This document shows, in pieces, positions 19,232 to 29,313 of a stretch of DNA of 64,000 nucleotides (positions within the stretch are counted from its first letter, which is position 1; each line of letters opens with the position of its first letter). The stretch is from IMG/VR virus record IMGVR_UViG_3300005573_000054, positions 1 to 64,000 of that record, one strand, 5' to 3'. The stretch comes from a virus. Position numbers and translations under genes: made by a program. The notes under the pieces are model-generated. The model worked only from the letters and a program-made list of their open reading frames with translations, searched no databases and was not told the origin of the DNA.

Positions 19232-21001
19232 ATGAAACGTCAATATTTCAGAAAAAGAAGCATCACTAATACTTCAGTACCTACTTATCCTCCAGAGATA
19301 TCTCCTGAATTTGTTGCTCGTGAAATCCTCGCTTGTAAACGTAACTTTTTCTACTTTCTAAAATACTGCTTCGTTACTCTGGGTGGTCGTGATGTCTCTA
19401 TGAGAGATATTCTTTACCCTGCCCAGCAAAACTTGATCAACTCAATTCTTGAAAGTCATTATTGTATTGTTCTCAAATCTCGTCAGATCGGGATATCTAC
19501 AATCCTCCAATGTTTCTCTGTCTGGTTAGTGTTATTCAATCCATCGTACCAGGTAGGAGTAATAAGTAGAAAAGCTCCCGAAGCAACAGATTTTAACAGA
19601 AAGATTATGAAGATAATCCAGAAAGTCCCTTTATGGTTAACAGGTCACAAGAAGATTAACGATAGGTTCAAAAAGTTCACAGAGCAAACATTTATCTTGG
19701 AAAATGACTCAAGCGTAGTCTGTGAGGCAGTTCCTAGATCAGATCCAGAAAACGTCCTTAGAGGAAAAACCTCCCACTTCCTAATTATCGATGAAGCCGC
19801 TTTTATTCCTAAAGCAGACAAGGCTTATGCTGCAGTAGCTCCTACGTGTTTCAAAGGTCACGAGGAGATGAAAAGCGAAAACATGCACTACGGTATTGCA
19901 ATTGTCTCTACTCCTAATGGTACAGCAGGTACAGGAAGATGGTTTTACGAGATGTGGATTCAATCTCTTAGAGATGAAACCTTGTATACACCAAGTAAGA
20001 TCCACTATTCTCAAGCTCCATTTGCTACAGATGAATGGGTAAGTAGATTAAGAAAGCTTATGACAAAGTCTGAGTGGGATCAGGAGATGGAGCTTGTGTT
20101 TGTAACTCCAGAGGATAGTCTTATCGAATCAGATATTTTACAGTGTTTGAAAGAAGATGTGTTACAGCAGTACACTCAGGAAAAACTCTTCTTTAGTCTT
20201 AACGAGACTACATTTACAGCAAATTACAAAAAATGGTACAACCACCCAACTGAACTACTTTCTGATGCGACGTTTATGGGAGTGATAGTTGGTTTAGATG
20301 TTGCATCAGCATTTGGAGGAACGTCTAATACCGCAGTAGAAGTTGTAGCTGTCTATAAAGAAATAACTCAGCAGGTAAAGTTGGTTCAGATCGGAGAGAT
20401 ATTAGCTAAAATCCCTCTCTCGTGCCTTCAGGAATTGCTGTATAATCTCATTATGAAAGAATTCGAAGTCATTCCAAATAGGATGCTGGTGTTCGAAAAC
20501 AACAGCTACGCTCAGTCTCTTGCGGAAAAACTCCCATCTGTACTTCCTCTAGAACATCTCTTTTGGCAACCCTCTCAACATCTTCCTGGAGTATCAACAA
20601 ATTCAAAGACGAAGACGTTGATGCTTGAGTCTTTATACTGGTATCTGTCATCAAAGCAACTCAAAATAAAGAGCGAAGTCGTCTTTAACGAGCTTTCATC
20701 GATAAAAAAAGTATCAGGAAAAGTCCCAGATAGTTGTATGTCATTGGCGTTCATTTGCTATGTTATTAACAATTTTCCTGATACTATAATCTACTGGAGT
20801 TCTTCTAGAGAAAAGAATGATATTCAAAACGTCTCCGAATTTCTTTCGATAATAAATAACTATCAGCAGAGAAAAGCGTTATTTACCAGTCCTTTTGAGA
20901 AGAAGCGGGAAGAGGAAGAGAGGATTAAACGAATCATTGAAGGAGAAAATCCTGATTTAATTGATAATCCTTCTAAGTACATACTTGACATGTTAAAGTA
21001 A
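19232..21001 (+). CDS. Terminase large subunit, T4 gp17-like
   Basis: LYPAQ, KSRQIGIST, IIDEAAF, VSTPNG, QEME, GLDVA nuclease motif and ENN. Confidence 0.92.
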   Translation: MKRQYFRKRSITNTSVPTYPPEISPEFVAREILACKRNFFYFLKYCFVTLGGRDVSMRDILYPAQQNLINSILESHYCIVLKSRQIGISTILQCFSVWLVLFNPSYQVGVISRKAPEATDFNRKIMKIIQKVPLWLTGHKKINDRFKKFTEQTFILENDSSVVCEAVPRSDPENVLRGKTSHFLIIDEAAFIPKADKAYAAVAPTCFKGHEEMKSENMHYGIAIVSTPNGTAGTGRWFYEMWIQSLRDETLYTPSKIHYSQAPFATDEWVSRLRKLMTKSEWDQEMELVFVTPEDSLIESDILQCLKEDVLQQYTQEKLFFSLNETTFTANYKKWYNHPTELLSDATFMGVIVGLDVASAFGGTSNTAVEVVAVYKEITQQVKLVQIGEILAKIPLSCLQELLYNLIMKEFEVIPNRMLVFENNSYAQSLAEKLPSVLPLEHLFWQPSQHLPGVSTNSKTKTLMLESLYWYLSSKQLKIKSEVVFNELSSIKKVSGKVPDSCMSLAFICYVINNFPDTIIYWSSSREKNDIQNVSEFLSIINNYQQRKALFTSPFEKKREEEERIKRIIEGENPDLIDNPSKYILDMLK

Positions 21002-21026
21002 AGCATCTTCAATCAAAGGAGGAACC

Positions 21027-22331
21027 ATGGAAGAGTTACTCTCGACCAGTGATTTCTGTAGGGTCCTGTTATTGGAGAAAAACCAAGATATTACGAGTTT
21101 TCTTAGATCAAGAATAGATACGACAAGGAAGCTCCTTTACAATACGAGCTTTAACGCAGTAGCAGAAGTATCTCAACTCGTTGACGAAATCATAAGGATA
21201 CTAGAAAATGTCGATGTTGTTTTTCCCGAAGAAGAATTTCAATCAAGTAGCAATGAAATACTTGGTAGTTCATTTCATAATTTCCTAACTCAAAACTGTA
21301 GAAATATCAATGTAACTGACTCTACTATGTTTTCAGAGCTAAAACAAGTTAAATTAGCAGATTTTTTAAAGAAATCTGTCTATAGTTTTATTACGAATTT
21401 TATTTACAGTAATATATTAACTAAACTTATACTCTCTAAGACTTTGGTTAGAAGTATTACTTTTAATAAGAAAGAAGTTTTATCGATATTAATGTTCTTT
21501 TGGAGTAAAGATCAGATTTCCAGGTTTTTTTCTTTAGAAGATTCTTTAACTTTAACAAACAATTATCCAACACTTAACGAAGAATCCCTTTCAAAACACG
21601 CAGCTATATGTTTCTCACAGATACCCATACTTAAAGAAGTGTTACCTAAAAAATCGAAGATATTCGATTTCATCACTCCTGGATTTCTCGATTTTATTGG
21701 GTATCTAAACTGCGTTGTAAAACCCACTGTAGATGGTTCACTGGAATCAATAATTCACCACGATACTTTCCAGCTTATAGCCTCTTCTTATTTCATCTAT
21801 AGGGAGGTTAATTCCTCAGAGAAGACAAAAAAGGAAATAAAAAACATCTTAGAGACATTTAAAAAGTATGAGTACTTTTCCACCAATGATACTCTCTCAA
21901 ATATTATGAGTATCGACCCTGAGATAGTTATCGACGCTATTCAAAAGACTTATTACATCGTCTCCGATAAAGAGAGTTTTCGTAAAAATGTGATTGGTTA
22001 TCGCAAGGCCAACGCTCTTCATAGTAGCATCTTTCCTCACTTTGAGAAACTTTCTTGGATCTGTCCCTCAGTTAGTGGGGACGTGATTATAAAGGTTATT
22101 CCTGAAATCACTCAGCTTATAAAAGAGCTCCATCTCAAAAAGGTAAAGCTTCCAGAAACATTGGAGAAATTTATATTTGATAAGAAAACGATAGTGGACC
22201 TAAAAGATTTAGACAGTGTAATATTTTCTTATAACTTAAAGGCGAAAGAGATAATTGAGGATAGGAAACATCAGGAGTTATCGATAAGATTACTCGACTT
22301 TTTACTCAAATCAAAGGAGGTAGACAAATGA
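21027..22331 (+). CDS. Hypothetical protein
   Basis: 434-aa ORF with SD. Confidence 0.8.
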   Translation: MEELLSTSDFCRVLLLEKNQDITSFLRSRIDTTRKLLYNTSFNAVAEVSQLVDEIIRILENVDVVFPEEEFQSSSNEILGSSFHNFLTQNCRNINVTDSTMFSELKQVKLADFLKKSVYSFITNFIYSNILTKLILSKTLVRSITFNKKEVLSILMFFWSKDQISRFFSLEDSLTLTNNYPTLNEESLSKHAAICFSQIPILKEVLPKKSKIFDFITPGFLDFIGYLNCVVKPTVDGSLESIIHHDTFQLIASSYFIYREVNSSEKTKKEIKNILETFKKYEYFSTNDTLSNIMSIDPEIVIDAIQKTYYIVSDKESFRKNVIGYRKANALHSSIFPHFEKLSWICPSVSGDVIIKVIPEITQLIKELHLKKVKLPETLEKFIFDKKTIVDLKDLDSVIFSYNLKAKEIIEDRKHQELSIRLLDFLLKSKEVDK

Positions 22332-24436
22332 AGGGGTATATGAGTAATTTAAGAGACATTGAATTAGAGAGTCTCTTTCTTTCTCTTGGAACAGTTTCAG
22401 ATTTATTTCCAAGAAAATTAGCGAGACTTGATTCAATACCTATTGAAGTCTCTGACAAAATTAGCGTTGACAGGTATCTTTCAAAACCTGTAATACCTCA
22501 GAATTTATACAGTCTCTCAATTCCTGAAGTCTTTACATCGCTTCAAGTTAGAAAGACAGTTGAAACGATATCGAAGAGAGTAACGAGTTTAAACAACATA
22601 GATTTAAGCGACGTTCCACGAAAAATTAGAATCTTCCAAGAAAAGATAAGTGGCTTGAAAGTGGATCTAGACGGCTCTATAAGGATACACGATCCACTTG
22701 AACTTTCTGATCTAGATAGATTTTTAACTTATGTGTCTGTTTCCAAGGTCAACGAACTCTCCTCTACTTTCCAAGAGATTTACAAAGCGGCTCAAGAACA
22801 GCTAGATGAAAACACTCTCAAAGAGTTTGCTTCAACAACAAAAAACTTAACATCATCATTTCAAGATAGTGTATATGAACTTGTCGTGGTTTTAACAAGT
22901 TTAATTCATGATGAAATATCAAGCTCTCTACCTTCTACTTTAAATAGTCCTATAGTTACAGACATTGAGTATCTCTTTAACAACGACTCTCTGGAGAACG
23001 CCCAGAGGCTTATATGGTTAACAAAGCTGTGTCTCGATCTTCATGGTAAAGATGATCCAACGACGATCCAGACGTCCGTAATTACTAGAAGACTTAGAGC
23101 ACTAAAGTATTGTTTGGAAGTTCAAGATTTTGAAAGACTTAAGTCCTATTTATCTTTTAGATTAATCCCATTCTTGATTGTAGAATACTTTTCAGCCCTT
23201 CAGAGTTCTATAGACACTTCGTATATATTTAGTTTTAACAGCTGGCTCTATCTTGCTTTAAGCAAGATAGCCGCGTTTCTTGACACTGTAGGACTCTTCC
23301 ACGACATTGTAAACTTTAAGTTAGAAAACGTCTTTGAGGAATTTCAGCGTAAGGTTCCAAACAAAGAGTTTATAGAGAAAGTTAACAAGATGATTCTTAA
23401 CAGTGATGTCCTCTCTACTCCATTACTGAAGATATACGAGTCGTACCAAGATGGTAAACTTCCAACGAGACAATTTCTAGAAGACATCTTGAAAGACACA
23501 AACTCCAACATCTTAATGAAGCTAGCGAGAAGAAGTCTCAAGGACTTCATCACTTTAAACAATGTTGAATTCTGGTTTAGTTACATGGGACTTTTTGTAT
23601 TCGATCATCTTGATGCGTACAAGAGAATCTCGGAAATTACCCAGAACCTAGAGTCTTTTAAAGACGTGATCGAGAGGCTCTTCAACCAGTTTCAAGAAAA
23701 GATCCTAGATAACAGTATATTCCTCTACGAAGTTGATGAACTGGATGAAAAAGACTCATTTCATCCACTTCTTAAAAACCAACTTTTCCTAAGTGGTTAC
23801 CCTGTAGCAGGATGCACTATTCCTGTGTTTGGTATTCCTTTTCTTGTATTCGATGAGATACTCTATAGTATCGAAGACGAAATCGAAGGATCAAATTTCA
23901 GAGATATTTACAATAAGTTTATCGAATATAAGACGTTCTTTCAAACAGTAACGTACTCTTCTTCAGTAGACGTTTTTAGAGAAAACTTCTCCAATTCTCT
24001 TAAGAGAGATCATATACTTTACAGTCTCGAGTTCAAACAAGAAGGAGGAAAGAAAAACATGAATCTAGATCTTCAAAGTTCAGTCTTAAGTGAATTAGAA
24101 CAAATGCCTATCGACACGTCGATACCAGATGAAATTAAAGATGAGATTATTCAAGAGCGGAAGTCAAGGCCTTCGGAAGATTTGACGTATTGTTATGACA
24201 AAGAAGAGATTATAGAAGAAAACGAGGCTCCTGCAAGTAACCTCGTGGATCTCTTGAAAAAGAAATTCTCTGGAAACAACAAAGTTAACATTGAAATCAT
24301 AGTTCACGGAAAAGTAAAAGACTCACAAATCCTCACAGAGCTTGTCAAGAAGATCGACGACTTCTCCAAGTCAATTAAATCCGAAGAGATCAACGTCGAA
24401 GTATCTTTAGGAATAAAGATTCAAGGGAGTAACTGA
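22328..24436 (+). CDS. Hypothetical protein (possible internal start at 24059)
   Basis: 702-aa ORF with ATGA overlap. In-frame AAGGAGG-n9-ATG at 24059. Confidence 0.8.
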   Translation: MKGYMSNLRDIELESLFLSLGTVSDLFPRKLARLDSIPIEVSDKISVDRYLSKPVIPQNLYSLSIPEVFTSLQVRKTVETISKRVTSLNNIDLSDVPRKIRIFQEKISGLKVDLDGSIRIHDPLELSDLDRFLTYVSVSKVNELSSTFQEIYKAAQEQLDENTLKEFASTTKNLTSSFQDSVYELVVVLTSLIHDEISSSLPSTLNSPIVTDIEYLFNNDSLENAQRLIWLTKLCLDLHGKDDPTTIQTSVITRRLRALKYCLEVQDFERLKSYLSFRLIPFLIVEYFSALQSSIDTSYIFSFNSWLYLALSKIAAFLDTVGLFHDIVNFKLENVFEEFQRKVPNKEFIEKVNKMILNSDVLSTPLLKIYESYQDGKLPTRQFLEDILKDTNSNILMKLARRSLKDFITLNNVEFWFSYMGLFVFDHLDAYKRISEITQNLESFKDVIERLFNQFQEKILDNSIFLYEVDELDEKDSFHPLLKNQLFLSGYPVAGCTIPVFGIPFLVFDEILYSIEDEIEGSNFRDIYNKFIEYKTFFQTVTYSSSVDVFRENFSNSLKRDHILYSLEFKQEGGKKNMNLDLQSSVLSELEQMPIDTSIPDEIKDEIIQERKSRPSEDLTYCYDKEEIIEENEAPASNLVDLLKKKFSGNNKVNIEIIVHGKVKDSQILTELVKKIDDFSKSIKSEEINVEVSLGIKIQGSN

Positions 24437-25917
24437 TGCCTCAGTTCCAGTCGACTCACTATTTACTCGAATACACTCATTACAGTGTTGGAGTTCTCAT
24501 TGACTCTCTTAAACACTATATAACCACTGAAGTTTTTCCGATTTTCAGGACTTCAGTGGTTACAACTTACAATAAATTTATCGCAGCTCTCCAAGGAAAG
24601 ACTCTTATAGAGTCGCCCTCTAATCTAAAAGAGACTGCAGTTATTGGTTCTGAGACTGTCGCAACACCAGCTTTAGCTCTTGATCCGACAGCAATAGAAC
24701 CTGACGAAAGTGTGACTCCTTTCTTCTGGAATTTTCCAGCGATGTGTTCGTTGATGGAGACTGTAACAAGTAAGAGTTCAAAGATGCACGTTGAAAAAGA
24801 TATGGCAGTATACTTACAAAGAACTTATATCAAGGTAACTGTAGATTGTCATGCACTCTTTGAGTCAGTGTATCAGAAACTTGACTTCGATTACAGTCTC
24901 CTCCTTCACTTCAAGGGACTCAATAGGATTGTAGAGCCTTACAAAGTGGATGCATTAATCCCACTTCCATATAGACTACTCGAAGATTACCCATCAACAG
25001 ATTGGAATACTGTGTTTCCTGGATCTGTGGTAAAAGTAGTTAATCAGACAGGAGAGTCAAGACCTCACTTAAGATTTAATATTGCTCCTAAAATTACACT
25101 AACAGCGTTAACGGAGGAGTCAGAGAAACTAGGTTCTGATAAGCTTCCCATGTTTAAATCAGGGTTTTCTTTTATTGTAGAGGGCTTCTGTCTCTCTTCT
25201 ATAGTAGTAATCCCTCTTCTTGGAACGAGTCAGTTCTTTACAATACTTTCTACGGGTAATCCTCCTCAACTTATGAATCTTACTTATATGTTTTTACAGT
25301 TGATCTTACAACTTCTTAGCGGTTTAGCATATTTTGACTATGGACGTCAAGTGCTTATCATTAAGAAAACCCTTTCTAACACCCAGATCGAAATCTCTCT
25401 TGAAGAACTTTCTCAAGCCATACTCGATCTAGCCAGAAGACTTGGAATAAGTGTTGAGCAACTTTTTACACTCATCTTAAAATTCATACAAGGAGGTCTT
25501 GATCTAGAGGAGGCGTTAAGATTACTCACAGAGATTGCTTCAGTTCTACGTCTTCTCTTACAGATCTCAAACCTTCCTATCTGGTTGATAGAAGAGGCGT
25601 TAAGGCAAATATTCAAAAATATGGGAGGAAAATCCTTTGTTCCAGCAACTCATAGAGGTTTAAGACCTCCTTCCTTCTCGTTCACACTTGGTAGAATATG
25701 TCAGTACGATGTAACAGAGACAAGTGTTATCGAGTATAGAGTTCCTCGAGACGTAACTATCGACGAAACTCTGGTTATCCCAAATAGCGTCTACACAGGT
25801 TTAAAACCTATCACTGTGTTTGGAACAGCGTATGGTTTTGAAATTCAGTCAAATCAGATTGTTGTTAACGGTCCACTCTCCAATGGTCAAATATTATCGA
25901 TTTTAGTTGAGAAGTAA
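24436..25917 (+). CDS. Hypothetical protein, possibly virion structural
   Basis: 493-aa ORF with TGATG overlap. No firm motif. Confidence 0.7.
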   Translation: MPQFQSTHYLLEYTHYSVGVLIDSLKHYITTEVFPIFRTSVVTTYNKFIAALQGKTLIESPSNLKETAVIGSETVATPALALDPTAIEPDESVTPFFWNFPAMCSLMETVTSKSSKMHVEKDMAVYLQRTYIKVTVDCHALFESVYQKLDFDYSLLLHFKGLNRIVEPYKVDALIPLPYRLLEDYPSTDWNTVFPGSVVKVVNQTGESRPHLRFNIAPKITLTALTEESEKLGSDKLPMFKSGFSFIVEGFCLSSIVVIPLLGTSQFFTILSTGNPPQLMNLTYMFLQLILQLLSGLAYFDYGRQVLIIKKTLSNTQIEISLEELSQAILDLARRLGISVEQLFTLILKFIQGGLDLEEALRLLTEIASVLRLLLQISNLPIWLIEEALRQIFKNMGGKSFVPATHRGLRPPSFSFTLGRICQYDVTETSVIEYRVPRDVTIDETLVIPNSVYTGLKPITVFGTAYGFEIQSNQIVVNGPLSNGQILSILVEK

Positions 25918-25966
25918 GCAAGATGAACAAATTAGACAGATTATCAGGTGTTAATGGAGGGCTCTG

Positions 25967-26629
25967 GTGAAACAAAAGATTGAATCGCGTTACCTACAGT
26001 TTTTAAGACCTGTTAAACTCAGATACCAAGAAGGCGACGCATATGAGTGTCTCGCAAAAGACCTTGTAAGCGTAAACCAGTATATAAGAGTTAGAAATAA
26101 AGACTATAAAGTTGTCAACATCTTCATCTATGGAACAATGCAGAGTAGGTACGCGTTTCCTGGAGAACCCTGTGTTGTCGTCATTAGAAGAACTCATCCG
26201 TATGAAAAATTACAAAAAGACCTCTTTGGAAGAATCCCCGAAAGTTTAACTTTTGCTGAATATGTTGATAATAGACGGAGAGTTCGTGAGCAAAACGAAG
26301 GAAATATCTCTACAATTTACTCAAAAGTCTTTGAAACCCTAAAAACAGAAGTCCACAAGACCTTGAGTATGAAGGGAATACCTTCTGAGACGAAGATCCG
26401 TCTTCTAAAAACTATCGTTGCGAAACACTCTAACGAACTACGTCAAATTCTAGAAAAACTTATTCCTAACGACGACCCTCAAAAACGTCAGAAAATTAAT
26501 CAATACTTAGACTCTTTTCAACAATTTCTAAATATATCTCAACAGCAAGTTCTTCAGTCTGAAGAAAATATAACAAGAAGAACTGCTGAAGTTATCGTTC
26601 CAGCTAAGACTACTGCTACAGTAAAGTAG
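25967..26629 (+). CDS. Hypothetical protein
   Basis: GGAGG + GTG start, preceded by a GAACAAA motif. Confidence 0.7.
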   Translation: MKQKIESRYLQFLRPVKLRYQEGDAYECLAKDLVSVNQYIRVRNKDYKVVNIFIYGTMQSRYAFPGEPCVVVIRRTHPYEKLQKDLFGRIPESLTFAEYVDNRRRVREQNEGNISTIYSKVFETLKTEVHKTLSMKGIPSETKIRLLKTIVAKHSNELRQILEKLIPNDDPQKRQKINQYLDSFQQFLNISQQQVLQSEENITRRTAEVIVPAKTTATVK

Positions 26630-26681
26630 TTTTCACCTCCAGACTAGTTTTTTATTTCTTTAAAGGAGGTAATATCATGAG

Positions 26682-27089
26682 ATGACTGTGCAACACTCTT
26701 TTAAAGGGATTCATCACATCATTGATTGCTTCGGCTGTAACAATACAAAGATCGATGATCAAATCTTTATGCGTGATCTTCTTATCAATCTTTGTAACAA
26801 GTATAGCCTTTGTGTACTCAACTTTTTTGTGTATAAGTTTCATCCTTGTGGTCTTACTACTGGAGTTATTATCTCTGAGTCACATATCACAGTTCATACG
26901 TGGCCTGAAGATAGTTATGTGTCTTTAGACGTGTATACATGCAACAACTACAATCAGAATAACAAACACGACACAATACAAAAAACCTACGAGATTTGCA
27001 AAGAGATTATCACATCACTAGAAGCAAGCTCGTATAAGATAACGTCTATAGAAAGAGGTACTCATGAACTTCTACGAGAAGTAGAGTAA
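26682..27089 (+). CDS. speD: S-adenosylmethionine decarboxylase proenzyme
   Basis: GIHHIID, FHPCGLT, ISESHITVHTWPE (pyruvoyl-forming ES) and DVYTC. Confidence 0.92.
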   Translation: MTVQHSFKGIHHIIDCFGCNNTKIDDQIFMRDLLINLCNKYSLCVLNFFVYKFHPCGLTTGVIISESHITVHTWPEDSYVSLDVYTCNNYNQNNKHDTIQKTYEICKEIITSLEASSYKITSIERGTHELLREVE

Positions 27090-27117
27090 AAACCACTAAA
27101 CGAAGGAGGTAAACATC

Positions 27118-27612
27118 ATGCCATTTACTATTAAGAAAACCTATGAATTTGAAGCAGCCCATTGTATTAACACACAATCCGAAAAAGTTCAAGGAACACC
27201 TTGTAAGTTCATTCATGGTCACTCGTTCAAGGTAGAAGTTGAGCTTGAAAGCAACGATGTTGACCCTAAAACTGGAATGGTGGTTGATTTCTATTTTTTA
27301 AACGACATTATCCAGCCTCTTATTAAGAGTTTAGATCATACACTTATCTTACACTCAGAAGTTGCAAAAGATTTCAGAGTGTTAAAAAAGAAACTCTGTG
27401 AAGATTCCACAGATAATAATAACAATTTCTTCTGTAATTACATCAAGATTGTAGAAATTTCATTCCCTCCAACAGCAGAGAATATGGCGAAATTCTTCTA
27501 TGATTATATCAATTTAAACATCGCCGAGAAAGAAGAATTCCGAAGGGTAAGAGTTAAAAGTGTTACGTTTTGGGAGACCTCTAAATCGTGTGCAACTTTT
27601 TCTGATGATTGA
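27118..27612 (+). CDS. queD: 6-carboxytetrahydropterin synthase
   Basis: FEAAH, CxxIHGHSF, GMVVDF, LDH, PTAEN and WET. Confidence 0.92.
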   Translation: MPFTIKKTYEFEAAHCINTQSEKVQGTPCKFIHGHSFKVEVELESNDVDPKTGMVVDFYFLNDIIQPLIKSLDHTLILHSEVAKDFRVLKKKLCEDSTDNNNNFFCNYIKIVEISFPPTAENMAKFFYDYINLNIAEKEEFRRVRVKSVTFWETSKSCATFSDD

Positions 27613-27650
27613 ACAAACAAGAAGTGTTCTAAAAGAAGGAGGATAAAAGT

Positions 27651-28307
27651 TTGTTTCTAATAGTTGAGTCACCGTCTCGGGGAATACGACTAAAAAGCCA
27701 AACAGGTAACAGAAAAGTCGTTTTTGAAGCAATCTTTCATACTTCTGATATTCCTAATCGAAATGGGAGAGTCTACCCTTTAGAAGTCATGAAACAGGCT
27801 GTTTCGTCTATTAAACCTCGTCTCAAAGAGAAAAACTTCGGGGGAGAGCTCGATCATCCTCTTCCTTCTTCTGATGAATACGGATCAAGTATCCGTCATA
27901 TCACTTTAAAATTCAAAGAAATGTCCCACGCAATTACGGATCTTTGGTTTGAAGGAAAGACTTTAGTAGGGCGCGCAGAGACATTGGACACACCAAACGG
28001 TCAAATCCTTTGTAATCTCATAAAAGACGGAGTCCAAGTTGGATTCTCAATAAGAGCAATAGCAGAAAATTTGAGGAATGATGGAAAATACGATGTGGTA
28101 GAACCTCCCATTACATTAATTGCAGTCGATGCTGTTAGCGTACCTTCACATGATGATGCGAAGATACAACGCGTTCGTTCAATAGAACAGAGTATTGTCA
28201 CAGAAGCAGACCCAGAGACAGTAAAGATCCTCGAGAACCATTTCAACCTCCGTCACTATTTCAAAGCTGAAAGTCTTTTCAAGACGTATACTGTTTACGA
28301 CTTCTAA
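27651..28307 (+). CDS. Prohead core protease, T4 gp21-like
   Basis: NRNGRVYP, GELDHP, SHAI, DTPNG, GFSIRA and DAVSVPS. Confidence 0.9.
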   Translation: MFLIVESPSRGIRLKSQTGNRKVVFEAIFHTSDIPNRNGRVYPLEVMKQAVSSIKPRLKEKNFGGELDHPLPSSDEYGSSIRHITLKFKEMSHAITDLWFEGKTLVGRAETLDTPNGQILCNLIKDGVQVGFSIRAIAENLRNDGKYDVVEPPITLIAVDAVSVPSHDDAKIQRVRSIEQSIVTEADPETVKILENHFNLRHYFKAESLFKTYTVYDF

Positions 28308-28319
28308 AGGAGACCACTA

Positions 28320-29168
28320 ATGTTTTTTACAGAGGAAATTTGTAGACGTCTAGAACAGAAGTTAGTACTCGAGAATTATTTTCACAACAATCAAAATCCT
28401 AAATTCCTCCAAGAGTATTACAAAGGCTTTTGCTCGTTTCTAAGAGAGGCAAAGGATCTAGATTCGAAGACAGTGCTAAACGAATTTTTGTCGAGTTTAT
28501 CAACTCCTCAGAAAATCCAAGAAGTCGTTTCCTCCGAACATTTTAAAGAAAATATCGACAACGTCTCTTATGATGCGAACTCAAAGGAACTCGTTCTTAA
28601 CAATATCAAAGTTACAAACGTCACCAAAAGAATTGCTCTAGTATGGATAATTATATTCTATATTCTTTCTCAAGATGAACGTCTTCAAAAAGTCAACACT
28701 CCTTTTATCAGTAAGGCTAAGGAAGTGCTAAGAGCAGAGTTTACAAAGAGAAGTATGTTGTCAGAGATCAACATCAACACTGACTTGTTATACGAAACTT
28801 TCGAGAAAACCTTAGACAAGTTTCCTCTTATCGGTTGTCTCTGTTACGTCGCAGCAAATATCATTCTTTCACCTAATATAGCTTTCGTGAGAGCACTCCT
28901 TACCACTCTTAAGAACACTCTTAAAAGCACAGAAGATATGTTTGCTCAATACTTGTATTACTTCTTTCTCAAGTCTCAGAAAATTTTTGGAAAATCTGTT
29001 TATACAGAATTTCTTGCGGAGGAGGTATACAACAACTTATTTGCTTTAGGTGTGGCTTCAGAGTCATTACAGGTTTTGAAGGCTAAACTGGTTTCTCCGC
29101 CTACAGAGGAGAAATTACCTAAACATGAAGAGAACCCACAGAAGAGTAACGAAAAGATAAGTTCGTAG
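28320..29168 (+). CDS. Hypothetical protein
   Basis: 282-aa ORF with SD, following the protease gene. Confidence 0.75.
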   Translation: MFFTEEICRRLEQKLVLENYFHNNQNPKFLQEYYKGFCSFLREAKDLDSKTVLNEFLSSLSTPQKIQEVVSSEHFKENIDNVSYDANSKELVLNNIKVTNVTKRIALVWIIIFYILSQDERLQKVNTPFISKAKEVLRAEFTKRSMLSEININTDLLYETFEKTLDKFPLIGCLCYVAANIILSPNIAFVRALLTTLKNTLKSTEDMFAQYLYYFFLKSQKIFGKSVYTEFLAEEVYNNLFALGVASESLQVLKAKLVSPPTEEKLPKHEENPQKSNEKISS

Positions 29169-29313
29169 AGTAATTTGATCGAACTTAGAACAAACCTAAG
29201 AAATAGACTATTTTTAATGTTTTGTTTTTTTAGTCTCGTTATCTCTAGAACAAAAAAATTGCTTTTTTTCTGAAAAAAAGTATTATATATAAAAACAGAG
29301 AAAGGAGGTAGCC

